Notes under the pieces: model-generated
Told to the model about the DNA's origin: nothing
Seen by the model: the letters and a program-made list of their open reading frames with translations, nothing else
Database searches by the model: none
Program-made: the position numbers and the translations under genes
In this document: one piece after another, positions 1-13,967 of the stretch
How the letters are laid out: each line of letters opens with the position of its first letter
Position numbering within the stretch: position 1 is the stretch's first letter
From: Gordius albopunctatus
Lineage: Eukaryota
Assembly (NCBI GenBank): GCA_964276515.1
Contig: OZ193909.1
Coordinates: forward strand, 10,912,001 to 10,976,000
Direction: 5' to 3'
DNA: 64,000 nt

Positions 1-641
1 GGCTGGGGTGGGATTGGGGGAATTGTAATTTAAAATCGGCCCTGAGATAATTCATCATTTTGCGGGGCTTTACTCATCAGTAATCACGTTTTTCCACAAC
101 TGTCTTGAGCATTTTTTGAACTGAATCGACAAGAATTGATAACTTTAATCTATGTTAGAAAGTACCTTATCGTTAGTTAGGAGTAATGTCTATTATTAGC
201 TCATGTATTTAAAATGATGGTTATCCAAAATAGAAATTCGAATGACTCGTCAACAGGATTAGGGCATAAAATCACCATCTTCACGTATATACCAAAGTTA
301 ATAATAATAAAATTATTATGTTTGTCTGCATAAATTATCACCCTTATTGTTTTTGAAGATAGGTATAAATTTACATTTCTAAGAGACGAAGAGCAGCGAC
401 TCCATAAAAGTGGCAGCACATTTTAGAAAATATTTAAGCGAAAAAGTTAGTAAAATTTTATTCTAACTTTTTCATTGCAAAGAAATCTTAAATAAAAAAA
501 TTGGACAAGTCCAATTTATGCTAGCAATAATTACACGTCCTCATGAGGTTCGTGATAATGGTGCAATGAACGAGACTATTTAAAATCCTTCTTAACCGCT
601 ATGCATTATATTCACACACATATATTACGATGGCGCGTTAG

Positions 642-2562
642 AACGAATTCCGAAATTCGATGCCGGCGTCGAGTTACCAACAGCAAAAGCTGCGCGTTTG
701 CGAAATATGTTCCGCTTACCTAGGGATCCACGACAACGAAAGACGGCTCGCCGATCATTTTGGGGGAAAGTTGCATTTGGGATTCATTAAGATACGGGAA
801 CGGCTGGACGAACTCAAGCTCACCGTCCCTCCGCGGAAGCTGTTGAGAGACCTGAACCGGGCTAGGCGGAAGAATGGTGGCCGAGACAGCAGCGAGGAGA
901 GGAGACCTTGTGGTGGCAGCAGGTTTGTTTGTTTGTTTCCCCCCTCCCCTCCTTTAACAACATTCCGTGAGGTAGTGGAGTAGTGGGGTTCTTTAGAGGT
1001 TGAGTCTCTTTTCAAACTCACACTAAATAATGTTACAAAATGATGCAATTTTCTTGATAAAGTTTCAACAATACTACAGGCGGAAGTGGTAACGAATTAT
1101 TCTTTTGGCCAAAATGTAGCTATCCCACCAACTTTAGCACCCTCTGCACTATTGTGGTATAAAACGGCTGGGGGGGGGGGGCTTTGTTTAGTGGACCTTT
1201 AGTAACAAGATCAGACGAAAGACTTTCTTTCGCACAAAGAGACCAACTACACCTTATTTAACCCGATCAACGGATTGTTCATAAGTTGTTGCAAAACTCA
1301 CAATCTTTTTCAAATAATGCTGTCGTATAAATTAAAATATTTGTGGAATAAGTTGTTAATTATGGCTGCTCTTGTATATATTTTACATCGATTTTGTAAA
1401 AGCCACTCTTGCCCAATGTCTTAGCCACTTATAAAAAAAGATAATTGTAAATCCATTTGATAAAGTGATGAAGGTTTGTGCGAGCAACGTTTTATTAATA
1501 TTATATTTTAATTTACTATTTTGCCCTGAATTATGCATAATTATTTTAGAAAATTAGCTTATTTATACTTTGTGTAAAATGTTGTCTTTTGTGATTGACG
1601 ACTAATTTAATGTGAGCTATTAAGCGACTTAAAATTTCTATATCTTTTTATAAAAATATGATAATAGAGTATGCGAATTTAGTAAATATTAAAAAGTATG
1701 GCCATGAATAAGTTAATGCTGTTTTGTTTATATTTTTCATTTTTAACTTATTATTTTAAATATTTCTAATTAACAATTTTTCTCAATTTTACGACCTTTT
1801 AGCGCAATAGGGTTCATTTTTTATAATTACGTTTCACGTTAATTTTAAACCACTTAAATTAATTTGCTTAATTAAATTTGTCAAAGTTTTTACAAAAAAT
1901 TGCCAAATTACACGTTGATTGTGATTTATTTTAAATTAATTCCCTTTTTGAAAACAGAGCTTACATCACTAAGGATTGGTTTTTTATCCTAACTAATTTA
2001 TCGAGAAGAGCCTTGAAATTGAAAACTTTTAAAAAATTATTTTTTTACATAATATCTGACTTAAGGTCGATTTGATTTTGACAACGATTATTTTAACAAT
2101 TTGTCAAACTCCGACCCAAAATACTCTGGGGCCGGGTTGGCCTTTGAGTGGTCCGTGCAGGGTTTTTTTTAATGAGTTATTAGGACTAAAGATCTTGCCC
2201 GTTTTAACTAATTATTTATATTACCATACTTTTTGTTAAATTATATAATTAAAAAAATTAAAGATACATTATGACACTAAGAATATATTATTTGATGAAA
2301 TGTTTTCAATACATATGCTTGATACTAAAATTTAATTTTTATTGAAAACTTTAATGAAGATATATGAATTAAACGCGTTTTAAAAATTATAATTGCCTCC
2401 TTCGATAAAATAGGCTCCATATTTTAACGTACTATTTTTGATAATATTTCAAGGAGATCCCGCTCCTCTTCTCCCAAAAAATCCAGCAGCAAACATAAGC
2501 ATAAACACAAACACCATCATAAAAAGAGTTCTCATTCCAAGAGCAAGAAGTCGAGAAGCTAA
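642..2562 (+). CDS. LUC7L: LUC7-like U1 snRNP splicing factor, last two coding exons (642-922, 2454-2562); 5' exons not identified
   Basis: Exon reads NEFRNSMPASSYQQQKLRVCEICSAYLGIHDNERRLADHFGGKLHLGF (LUC7 second zinc finger). The phase-2 splice 922|2454 joins an RS/KH-rich tail RRSRSSSPKKSSSKHKHKHKHHHKKSSHSKSKKSRS*. AATAAA at about 2693. Confidence 0.9.
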
Positions 2563-4589
2563 TTTTTATCATGTAAATACGCATTCAATTTACTGCAGAT
2601 ATCTTTTACGAACGTTGTTTTAGGGTTATGTACTAAAGTATTCCTCATTTTGATATATTTAGATCGAGATTTACCACTTTATGTTATGTGTAAATAAAAG
2701 TATAAAAGATTGTCTTCTTTCAAACGAGATTCAATTTGATATCTCATGAGCAAGCAAATTTATTTAAAAATTTTCTTTAAACGTTAAGTTGTGGTGACGT
2801 ATTAATATGTCTTCTTCCATTAAGTACTTTGATTGACTAATTGTTTGTGTCCCTCCACCTTTTATCTTTTGTGTGTGTATATATAGGCTTTCACATCAAA
2901 TTTCCTCGAGGAATCTTCAGCAAAAGGGAATGTAGAGATTTATTTATATAAGCCATGTAATAAACTCATAAGAAAAGAAAGATTGTATTATTGCAGCCAG
3001 CGTTTATATATCAAAAATAATATATTTAATGTATGTCCATTTTTTTTAAAAGCTTGATTTTTACATTAAACCTTTTGGCCTACCCAGGTTATAATTAGCC
3101 CTTATTAATTTTCCAATCATTAATCTAACAGACAAATTGTTGTAGAGATTAAGGCTAATTTAACTGTAAGACTTTTTAGAACTAGTTTCAAACGCGCTAT
3201 CCGCGCTGCTTAAATTTAAAGTATGATGAATGTCCCTTTAAAGCTGTTTTCTCAATAAATTCACTGGTTTCCATAGCTCTTCCTACCAATTTTTATGGCC
3301 TAAATAATTGGGTATATCGGGTACGAATCTATCTTATTCACGATAATTTCGTCCATTTGCCCTTTCCACTTCACACTATATGTCTTCCTTCTCTCTTCGC
3401 CAGCACCTTCATATTCATTATTTATTGATTTAAATCATGATCCCTTTCTGATATAAGTTGATATTACTTTTAATGATGTAGAAAATCGAGAACGACATGA
3501 ACTTATTTAGCCCGGAATTAATTGATCAACAAAATCTCGACTCTAAATTTTTTTATTAAACAACATAATCAAAGTAAAATTTATTTAATATATTAAAAAT
3601 TAATATGATTTCAATATATTTGATATTAAGGAAACATAGATGGACTAAATATTGAAACTAATTCAGCTTAAGGTTTATAGTGTATTGTATAATAGTTATA
3701 ATCATAGCTCGAAATATAAAAATTTTGGACTACAATTTGACTGCAAGGGTTACAGTATTTTTCGCACATTACCCAGCTCAGTGCCTGCTCAACGATCGTT
3801 TTGTAAACATATACAGTGATAGATTTCAAAATCTGCATGGTGTTATGAATTACTTCTGAAATTCTCAAACCATAACTTGCGACTTGTTTTGTGTTATCCA
3901 CATCGTTTCCCACTATAAAATTACCCCTACAGATGTATTATATCTCATTCATTTTTCTAATATAAATGAGATAATTTTAATTGCTAACATACTTATATAT
4001 ATTAGCACAAACTTTATTGGTTCATATTTGTATAAAGCAAAATTAGTAAAAAATGAATCTAATAAATATTTTGGAACATAATATAACTTTGTTTCGTTTT
4101 TTAACAAATAGTATTTTGTTGCAATTTCATAAAAATCTTATAACTCTTATGTTGTTATTCCAGTTAATGCTACTTTTGTTGTTACAACCTGATATGTGTA
4201 AATAACTACTTATTTGATAAATGTTGATATACCCACTCACATTTTGTGGTTTTTGTTATAAAACATGCAACTTTATAGTTGGTGATGGTTATATCGAAGG
4301 TCTTAAAACTCTTACGTTATATTATTTAACCAAGGCTACAACTATAGGCATTCCAAATCCCAATGTTAAGCGACAAATTTGTAACTAAATTAAATGTTGT
4401 ATTTTAGCAAACACCTTTGATATATTCTATAGTTTTGACCCTTTTAAGAAACTGATACCAATTAGTAGCTAACTCTTCATATTTTTGATAAGTAGTTTAA
4501 ATCTGAACTTTTTTTTATAAAGTTTTTGTTTTAAAAATTACAAATAAATAAATGTTTTCATTTTAATTATTTTTAAGTTAATGGTATTT

Positions 4590-4900
4590 TTAACCAAGAG
4601 CGATTTTTTAGGCCAAGACGAAGCTTTGCTTTCTTAACAGAGAGTAAATGAGATCAAAACAATAATACACCTTAGCCCATTTCATTTATCATATATTTAA
4701 ATAGCATTTTAGTCAAGCTCGCAGCCTATTCTCATCTCAGTCGTTTTTTTACTTTTCGTTTATGACGCTTAATGCCCATGTTTTAAATCTCCGTAGTAAT
4801 AGTGATCGGTACGAATGATATGTAAATTTTACATCAGACATATTGGCATACAAGTTATTTCGTAATTTAAGCCACCCTTTTTGAATCCTTGCCTCGCAAA
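4590..4900 (-). mobile_element. Old, degraded RTE LINE 3' fragment
   Basis: Patchy similarity to the young RTE copies in this window (caccttagcccattttcattt; attctcatctcagt; atttaagccaccctttttgaatcc). Boundaries approximate. Confidence 0.6.
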
Positions 4901-5892
4901 GTCCTTCCTTTTGATGCAAAATTTAGTCAGGAAATGTAATCCTGTCTAATACTGGGTACTGCATTTGATAATAATTCAGCAACGGGATACCTGTGACCTT
5001 CTCAATGCATATGCTTTTCAGATTTTAAATTATAAAAACAGATTTTGTTGTCTTGAACTATATTATCGGCCCATAGCATACACCAGATTCACCTAGGGAT
5101 ATGATATCAAACAGTTTAAAGATTTTTAGACCTGTTCAAGCCCGACCGTTGACTTTTGTTTTCAATACCCTAACTGACCCACGGACGCTGTCCTTTCAGA
5201 ATCGGAAATTTGGTGGTTAATTACTTTAACAATAACAGATAAAATTTATCAAGGAGGAAATTCAATTAATTAAAATATAAAAATGCATTATATTTTTTGG
5301 TGTATGATTTGCAAAATGTTGGTATTGATAAGCTTTAATAAGAACAAACAATTTATGCCTGGCCTTAAAACTTAGATCTCGTAATTTTTTCAATTCATAA
5401 GTCAGTAACCGAGATAAAACGTTCTGATTGAAAGGCTTTAAAGAAAAAAGATAAAACCCGACTTAAAAATTACTGAGAATAAGGACAAGCCTCGCTGTGT
5501 TGAATAATATCTTTCCACAAAATAAAATCATATTTCAGTCGTTTTAATAACTTTGGGCATCATGGGAATCAGGCAGTATTAAAAACTAGAGACTAATTGC
5601 CAGCCAGACTTTTTTATAAATTTTTTAAAACCTATAGAATATTCATAACTTTAAAATTTTGGTAAAATAAGATGATCAAAAAATGTGCAAACATATAAAG
5701 AGCTTTAGAGGTGCGAGGATATTGTTGAAAATTATGTGAGAAGCGAAAAACGAATATATATATATACGTTGTTAATTTGTTATATAAATATTGATGATGA
5801 TTATATATACCTAAAAAATTATCTATAAAAATATGTTCACAATTCATGGTTATAATATTATAATTCATGAGAATTCGTATAAAATTAACATT

Positions 5893-7988
5893 TTACAAAA
5901 ATGGGTTATTGGACTGGAAAGATGTAGAGTGTGGCAAGGTAAATAAAGATTGGGAGTGAGTTACAGTAGGCATCATTTGATTATTATTGTAACTAATAAT
6001 AGGCAACTGGTTACTATTATATGGAACAGGAGGCTGGATAGAATAGCCTGTAGGTAGGTTGTTTGTTTGAAAATCTCTAAAATTTGATGACTGATTGAAT
6101 GAGAGGGGATAGGAGGAGGTCGCTTGTTCATTGTCTTGAAACCTTTCGTCTATAAAAATGCATTATTATCCAAATGGTTAACATTGATAATACCTAATTA
6201 ATATAAATGGTAAATAAAATTTGATTAAAAAGTAGGAACGGATATTTATGAATAACAATGGCATGATAGATCTTAATCAAAAGATTGTACTATGTAAAAA
6301 CATTCAAAGATAATTTTATTTTTCCCTCAAGAAGTTTAAACCCTGCATGTCTCTAAAGTGAATGTTGCAGGGCTCAAGCACATGCTATACTTAATATCTA
6401 AGAATGCACAGTCAAAGCTTGGAGGAGGCACCCTGTTCAACTAATAAGTAGTCTAATATTAATTTCAAACACAGCCAGGCTGTTTAAAAGGATTTGATAG
6501 CAATTATAATTATTTTAGTGGCTTGTTGATGAGGGGGATGGGGAATAATAGGTTTCTTTTAAAGTTTTTGATTAATTTGATACTAAATTATAGGGAATGC
6601 TATTCAATGCCATAAATTAGCTGAAATTAAATGAATAGCTAACACAAATTTCTTAAACTATTTTGTCTATATTAAGCTCCTAATCTCCTATACCTCTCAC
6701 ATGCCTTTATTTAGCATAATTAATAATATAGTTATAGGAAATATTTTAATAAAACTTTCTCACATGTAAGTAGGCAAGGGGGAGGGAGGGGCAACTGCCC
6801 CCCTCTAAATCAAAATTTTTTGTTAAATTTCATTAAAACTATGGCTAAGAATTAAAAAAATGATTAATTTTCCCCTCTATATGATTTATAAAATTAAATA
6901 TAACCAAAATATTAGGTTTGCAGAGTATAGCAATCATAAAAAACACTAACTGGTATTGATTCAATAATAATCAAAATATATTGGTAGCACACGACAGTTT
7001 TAAATACCTTTCATTGAGAATATATGATCCAAACTTATAGGTTCTGTTTTATGTGCAATTTGAGATGTAGGGGTTTTGTCTATTATTAAGAGTTAAAATA
7101 GTAAAAATTGATGCAAAAATACTTTGCCATGGATAAAAGCTATCTTCAGGATTTATGTCTATTAATGGCTAATTTAAAGATTAAACATTTATCAATAAGA
7201 AATTACATTTCCATCAGATAAAATTCCAGAATCATCTTTTTTATCCTGCTCACTTTGAGATAAAGCTAGTTTCAATCTTAAATCATCTCCTTGAATTATT
7301 TTTTTATCTTTGTCAGCTTCTTCTTTACTCATAGCCAAAGCTAAACGTAACTGAAGTTCCTCTTCTCCAACATTAGAAGGCCTAGCAGATTCCCAATCTA
7401 ATAATAAATTATGTTAGATTAATTAATAATTACCTTTATTTTGCTGTAAATTTTCAGAATCCTAGAATTAATAATTATATATACTGACTAAAATAATACC
7501 TTAAGGACTATTGAACTGCTTTGAGCAAATCTTTCTTTGGCTTTTAAAGCTCTGGTCCTTTCGTTTTTAAGACGCTCATCATCTTTTAGAAGTGCAACAA
7601 TCTGTTTGGCTTTTTCTCTAACATTTAAACCTTGATCTTTATTTTCCTCAATGTATTGAAAGTCTTTTAGTGTTTGAATTGTAAATATATTTTCTTTACA
7701 CTGTTGGGCAACCTTTTCATTGCCAGTTTTGATTATGTATTCCAATAATGATAATGCCTTATACACGTGTCGCCAATTTTTCCCATTGTCATTAAGTCTT
7801 TTCCAAATCATTTGCATAATTTCAGAAAAGGCAACAACATTGTAGGTATAATCGGCAATTTCTGTCATTAAAGAACTACTTGGACCCCAGGGATCATTTG
7901 ATGTTGCTTCACGAACTTTTACTTGAGCTTCACTATAATTTTTGATTACGTTCTTAAGGTTTCTGCGGATAGGAGCGACCGTTGACAT
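5893..7988 (-). CDS. EPN: Epsin (ENTH domain, UIM motifs, C-terminal NPF motifs), multi-exon
   Basis: Exon 1 (7988-7500) is a full ENTH domain (NYSEAQVKVREATSNDPWGP...KNWRHVYKAL). A 28-nt micro-exon (7461-7434) lies between 38- and 36-nt GT-AG introns. The next exon has UIMs (EEELQLRLALAMSKEE, DDLRLKLALSQSEQ). NPF near 6490; the terminus FQSNNPFL* ends at 5893. Middle exons not fully resolved. Confidence 0.9.
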
Positions 7989-9039
7989 GTCACAAAAAAA
8001 TGCGGCACGTGATATACATATGTTTACGAAGATAAGACAAACAAACTAATTGCTAAGGACTTATAATTATACCATTACTCTACTCTTCATCCATTGGCGT
8101 AGGGGCGGGCGCCAGAAAAATCAAAGAAAAAATTTCTGGCCCCTTTGGCCCCCTCAAGCTATTTTAACTTAATAATAATAATTATATTTATTAATTTTTA
8201 AATAAAAATCTTTTAGATGGGCTAAGTGACTTATTCATATTAAATTTCAGCTTTGATATTCATCAAAACACAATAAAAAAATACAAGCAATTAAAAATAA
8301 ACGTATAAACCATATCTTCAGATAACAGCTTCTATTAAAAATATGTATGCTATATTATTTGGGATTGGGGCAATACCATAGGTCATCCAGCAAAAAATAT
8401 AATTTTTTATCAATTTGCAGGTTTCATTGTTTTTATTTATTTCTGTTAACTCACTATACGACATATAAGTTTATGTTATATAATCCTTTCAATTGCATAA
8501 TTCGTTGTTATATAGCTTTATGTATTCATTATAATTTTATTTTATTGTTCGTAATTCGCTTAGAGTCGTACACGACACGGCGTTGCCCTACCTGACATTA
8601 AAACTCAACCCGGGAGTCGGGCTTTTGCTTTAAAAAACAACTTACCGTCGACGGGTCGTAAATATAACCTAGCGTGCAGGGGTCGGGCTTAGATATAAGT
8701 AAAGCCGCTGAAAGTCCGTTACAAGTTTTATAAAGTATAAAGAAGAATGTGTTTTTAATGTTTATATTAATTTATTAAAACCCATATTTATAGATCAGGC
8801 AGCTAGCAAGATGTTAATATGGTAAGTATAGTTAATTTTTTTAAAATAACTTGTAAGGTTTTTTACAATATAAGGATGGACATGACCCGAGTAAGTAATG
8901 AAGCGTTTATCCGGATATCATTTTTAAATCTGATAAAGAAATCTAATCTCTGATAAAATATCACTAGGTGTGGGAAAGGCATATTATTGTTTTAAAACTA
9001 TTTAAAATTAGTTATTACTCCAAGATTAAATATATTTAT

Positions 9040-11545
9040 TAAAAGGATGTTATTTAAATGCTCAATAAGAAAATCAAAAATGCTTAGTAAATTATGCTCA
9101 GTATTTTATTGATGTGCTCAGTAAAAAATTCAAAAATGCTCAATAAATAATCTTAATACTGCTCAATTATGAATCCAAAATGCTCATTATTTTCAAAAAA
9201 TGCTCATTAATTTTAATAAATAATACTCAATCTTAATCTATTAAGCACTAATATTTTGTAAAAATAATGGTAAATTGAGTTTGTGAAAATTGAAATAGTT
9301 TATTTTGGATAAATTAAATAGATTGGAGACCTGATTGTTAAATTTTTAAAAGTTATAAGGTATCTTAGTGTCTTGAATTTTTTTCCCTTTAAATTCTCTC
9401 TTCTCTCCTATGAAAAGTAATTACCTATAATTCCCATTCTAAAATGCTCTGCCTTTCCCTTTTTAAATTTTACATGTTTACAATGTATTTTCTTGCAAAT
9501 TTTGTTGAGATTTATCAACCTTAAACTTTATAAAGGGATATAAAATTTTTATTTGAATATAATCACTAATATTTATAAATACAGATAAATAATAATAATT
9601 CTTCTTCTTCTTTATCAGTTATTTGGTTCCACATTGGTGGGGTTTGTTTTGATGAGTCTCTTCCATCTTGACCGGGTTAGTGTCATATCTTGACTAATCT
9701 CTTTAGTTTCCATAACTTTATCGACTTGCTTTTTCCACGTGACACGGGGTCGTCCTCTTCCTCTCTTCCCCGGTATTTTCATGTCTAGCACTTTTCGATT
9801 TACGTCATCCGGGTCCCTTCTTAGTATATGTCCATATCACCTTAGCCGATTTTCGTTAATCATGTCCGCCATAGGTTGAATACCCATTTTTGTCATGAGA
9901 AAGTCATTCGTCATATGGTCGAGGTTAGTATACCCCAAGCTTCACCGTATCATTCTCATCTCCGTGGCTTGTAATAGCTTTCCTTCCGTGGTGTTTAATG
10001 CCCATTTTTCACTTCCATAGAGTAACACCGGCCTTACGATAGATTTGTAAGCATAATCTTCAACCATATTGGCATTTTCTTGTCGCACATTACACCGGAT
10101 ATTCTTCGCCATTTAAGCCATCCTTTTTGAATCCGGGCATTGATTTCAGTTGCGCAACCTCCCTCTTGATGTAGCATAGAGCCGAGGTAAGTAAACCTGT
10201 CTACTTTTGGGTACTTTATGTGGTCATCCAGCGATGAGGTGCTTGTACCGTTCATTTACATGTATACCGTTTTTTGATTGTTGACTTTTAAAACATATCC
10301 AGCTAAGCGCTTTGACCACTTTTCTGCTTCTTCGAATACCTTCTCCCTTGTTTCCTCGCATAATGCTATATCATCGGCATATAGCATACACCATGGCGAT
10401 GGCTTTTGAAAGTCCCTCGTTATCGTGTCTATAATTATATTAAATAAAAAGGGATTTAAAGCAGAGCCTTGATGTAATCCAATATTAACCCGAAAAGGTT
10501 TAGAGTCTCCAACTGTCGTCCTAACGCAAGAGTTTGAGGCTTCATAGATATTTTTTTTAAGCCGTATATATGCGTCAGGGATATTTTGTTTCCTCAGGCA
10601 TCACCATATTAAATCGCGGGGGACCGTGTCATAAGCTTTCTCCAAGTCGATAAAAACCATATGTAGGTCTTTCCTCTTTTCACCATACTTATCCATCATT
10701 TGTCTTAGGGCGAAGATTGGGTCGATTGTGGATTTGCCGGCCACGAATCCGAATTGATTAGCCGATATTTCCACCTCGCCTATTTTTCATTTTAAATTGT
10801 TAATTATTATTATATTATATATAGATAAATAATAATAATTAACAATTTAAAATAAAAAATAGACAAATTTTGCTGGAGACAACTTTCATTCCAAAAACCT
10901 AAAATTTGCTATATAATCAATGTTAAATAATCTAAACTTACCATTACTGAACAATAAAGGCTTATTTAGTCTTTAAGAGTCTGCTTCGCTTTCTTTTTTG
11001 CCCTATAGGCACACTTTTGGCTTCTTTAGGTGGTTGGCAAAATTTAAGTTTAATTGCCAACCCAACGACATGTTGCAAATATATTGTTTATAAAACGATG
11101 GACAATTGCACTTGCCTTGAAAACATTTTTCACAGTCATTTGGCAATTCACATAGCCAAAGCTTAGAATTCTTTTTTTTAAACTCATCAAAGGTTGTAAA
11201 ACTTAATTCTTTTATAAACAAAATAACCATTTATATGCGAGCACTTTGACTCTATGGGAAACACGGAATACTCTTACTTTGATATTTCGGGTTCGAATCT
11301 CGCTCTAGAATTTTATTTTAAAACTAGTTTTTAGTAACTTTGCATAAATAAAAAAATAGCTGAGCAAGATTTGAATAAAAAACTGAACAAATAAATTTAT
11401 TACTGAACAAATAATTAAATCACTGAACATTAAATTATTTACTGAGCATTTAATTATTCTACTGAGAATTTGTTTATTCTACTGAGCATTTGAATATTCT
11501 ACTGAGCAAAAATTGAATATAGTACTGAGCACAATAATTTGTTCT
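9040..11545. mobile_element. Foldback/MULE-like DNA transposon remnant, interrupted by an RTE and a solo LTR
   Basis: Arrays of ~20-bp units containing TGCTCA(GTA) at ~9050-9230 and the inverted form (TAC)TGAGCA at ~11360-11535. Internal minus-strand fragment CNCPSFYKQYIC resembles a SWIM zinc finger of MULE transposases. Confidence 0.55.
9601..10778 (-). mobile_element. 5'-truncated RTE LINE copy with stops and frameshifts
   Basis: Near-identical to the RTE RT region at 53337-54695. (GAA)n tail at ~9600-9612. 18-bp direct repeat AGATAAATAATAATAATT at 9583-9600 and 10823-10840, likely the TSD. Confidence 0.92.
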
Positions 11546-11752
11546 TGTAGAGGATAATTGACGATGTTTAATGTACGCTAAAGTTCTATTATACAGGTGG
11601 AGTAAAAGATATACAACACGTGGGTTTCTTTTCCCTATCGCGTGATCTTGATTTCGATGTGACATGTTTACGCATGTTGTTATGTTTTTCGTGTCACGTA
11701 GTTTTTAATTATTTTCGGTTCCAATAAATTATAGTTACGTCCTAGCGTAACA
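11546..11752 (+). mobile_element. Solo LTR related to the Gypsy LTR at 18823-19018
   Basis: Begins TGTAGAGGATAA like the LTR at 18823 and shares AAGTTCTATT...AAAAGATATA.AACACGTG. Has AATAAA and ends TAACA. No matching TSD found. Confidence 0.7.
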
Positions 11753-11759
11753 AGCATAC

Positions 11760-13276
11760 AAAAAAATATTGTAGAATCAATGATTGATCACAATCCTACA
11801 ATGTTGTTTGAAAAATTCTTTGATAAAGATGTTATGGACTTGATAGCAGAAAATAGTGTTTTGTATGCAGGACAAAATGATCGCCATAATTTTGAATTGA
11901 ATCGTGAAGACCTGAAAAGTTTTTTGGGAATATTGATGCTAACTGGATATCATGAATTGCCTATGAACGTGCTTACTGTAGTTTGGATGAAGATCTTGGA
12001 GTTTCATTGGTCGCAAATTGCATGTCGCGTAATAGGTTTTTGGACATAAAAAGAAACCTGCACTTCGTCGACAATTCTCTAGCTGCAGATTCGACTGATA
12101 AAATGTTCAAAGTGAAACCGTTATATAATCTCATTCAGAGAGATTCGTACCAGTGGAGAGTTTTTCATATTTTGGCCGTCATTCAGCGAAACAATTTATA
12201 ATGGGAAAACCCGTGCGATTCGGCTATAAGAATTTGGCTGCAACAAGCTCTGATGGCTACTGCTACACATTCGATGTTTATTGTGGCAAGTCATCTACTG
12301 ATATTCCTGTTGATCCTCTCGGCGCGAGAGTCGTAAAATCTCTGCTGGCAAAGATGCCGATTGTCCCAAGTGAGCATATAGTGTATTTCGATAACCTTTT
12401 CACGAACTATCAATTATTGCATGATTTGAGACTTTTGGGCTACAGGGCCACAGGCACAATCGGGAAAATAAAACGAAGAAATGTCCACTCAGCACTGTAT
12501 AAATGATTAAAAAGCGACCCAGAGCACAATATGATTACCGATTTGATTTGAAAAATGAAATATCAATTGTACACTGGAAAGACAACAATGTAGTCACTAT
12601 AGGAAACAACTATGACACTAAAGAGCCTCAGGGAAAAGCAAAAAGATGCTGCAAGCTTCAAAAGCAAAAGGTGGAATTTGATGTCCCAAGACTAATAATA
12701 AACTACAACAAAAGAATGGGTGGCGTCGATCAAATGGACCAGTATATTAGTATTTACAGAGTGCCTATAAAAGGAAAAAAATGGTGGTGGGTAATATTTA
12801 CCTATATCCTAGATATGGCCATATCCAACGCTTGGAGACTGCATGTTTTACTCAGAAAGACTGGACAGGTGACATACATGGATCAATTATTATTCAGACG
12901 AACGATTGCTCGAGGATACATACAACGAAAAAAACTAAAAGTCGTCCACCGTCACCAACAATACTTGGACTGGAGCGTAAAAATAACGGTCACAACCCCG
13001 AGCGCATGGAAAAAACATTGCGTTGCGTCATTTGCCACAATCGAGGTCGCTGGCGTTGCGTGCTTTGCGAGAAAACGTTTTGTGTAGAGCGAACTTGCTT
13101 TGGACAATATCACTCCTAATCCGCCCATTGTACACAGCCGTGTACACCCCCTTATTTTCATTGTTTCATGTTTTTATTCAATTTTTTTTCCTAATATTTT
13201 TCTGTGCTCAATATCTCACAATAAATACCATTAAAAAATAATTTTCACATCTAGTTTTCTTTTGGGCGTTAAAGGG
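11760..13276 (+). mobile_element. piggyBac (PGBD3-like) transposase pseudogene with intact right end; left end missing
   Basis: Frameshifted ORFs 11780-13119 contain YFGRHSAKQFIMGKPVRFGYK, YFDNLFT, YNKRMGGVDQMDQ and a C-terminal Cys-rich RCVIC...RCVLCEKTFC...CFGQYH. Right end AAAGGG followed by TTAA at 13277-13280. Confidence 0.9.
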
Positions 13277-13764
13277 TTAAAATACACGATAAAAATGGTG
13301 ATATTATTCTAATTAGCAAAGGTCACAAGATAATTTGACAATTAAATTTCTTTAAAAATAGTTTTATGACATCTTAACTCACCAATTTTCGTTAAAAGAT
13401 TTTTTAAGCTATATAAATGACAATTGTAAAAATTGTGACCATGATGGGTTTACAAGTTTTAATCTTTTATTTGTAACAACTTTATGACATTCTAACACAC
13501 CAAGTTTCCTTAAAAGAATTTATATAGCTCTCAAAATGACAATTATGACAATTGTCACCAGCATAAGGAGACAAATATAATATTGCAACAATTCCATGAC
13601 TAGTAAATTCATTTTTTGAAATCTCATGATATAGCTAAATTGATTAAAGAATATACTACTGTCACCGCCAAAGCCGGGCATGGATAAAATTTTTGTTAAA
13701 AATTGTGGGCTGGGCTTGGACGAGCGTTATGGTAATAAAACGGGTTCGGGATGGGCCTATCTAT

Positions 13765-13967
13765 TAGGTTTGTTAAATTGCTAACTTTCTTCAAACTCCA
13801 GACGCGAGCACGCACACTGAGTTGCTTAATATGCGTGTTAGCAAAATATGTGCTCGCTATTCGGGGCATTAGGCAGAACAGTACCGTATAAAAATGCTCG
13901 AGGGCCGAGCAGAAACTCGAGCAGATGGTAGCTGGAGTTGAAGAAAGTTAGCAAGTTAACAACTCTA
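13765..13967. mobile_element. hAT-type MITE
   Basis: ~37-bp imperfect TIRs (TAGGTTTGTTAAATTGCTAACTTTCTTCAAACTCCAG / CTGGAGTTGAAGAAAGTTAGCAAGTTAACAACTCTA). Perfect 8-bp TSD CTATCTAT at 13757-64 and 13968-75. Confidence 0.85.

Noticed and set aside
923..983. C-terminal extension FVCLFPPSPP... of ORF 660-983
   Set aside because: Read-through into the intron after the GT donor at 923; the real RS tail is in exon 2454-2562.
3181..3545. Possible minus-strand Helitron end (GCGCGGATAGCGC hairpin, then CTAG|T)
   Set aside because: The stem is only 4 bp and I found no matching 5' end or second copy in the window.
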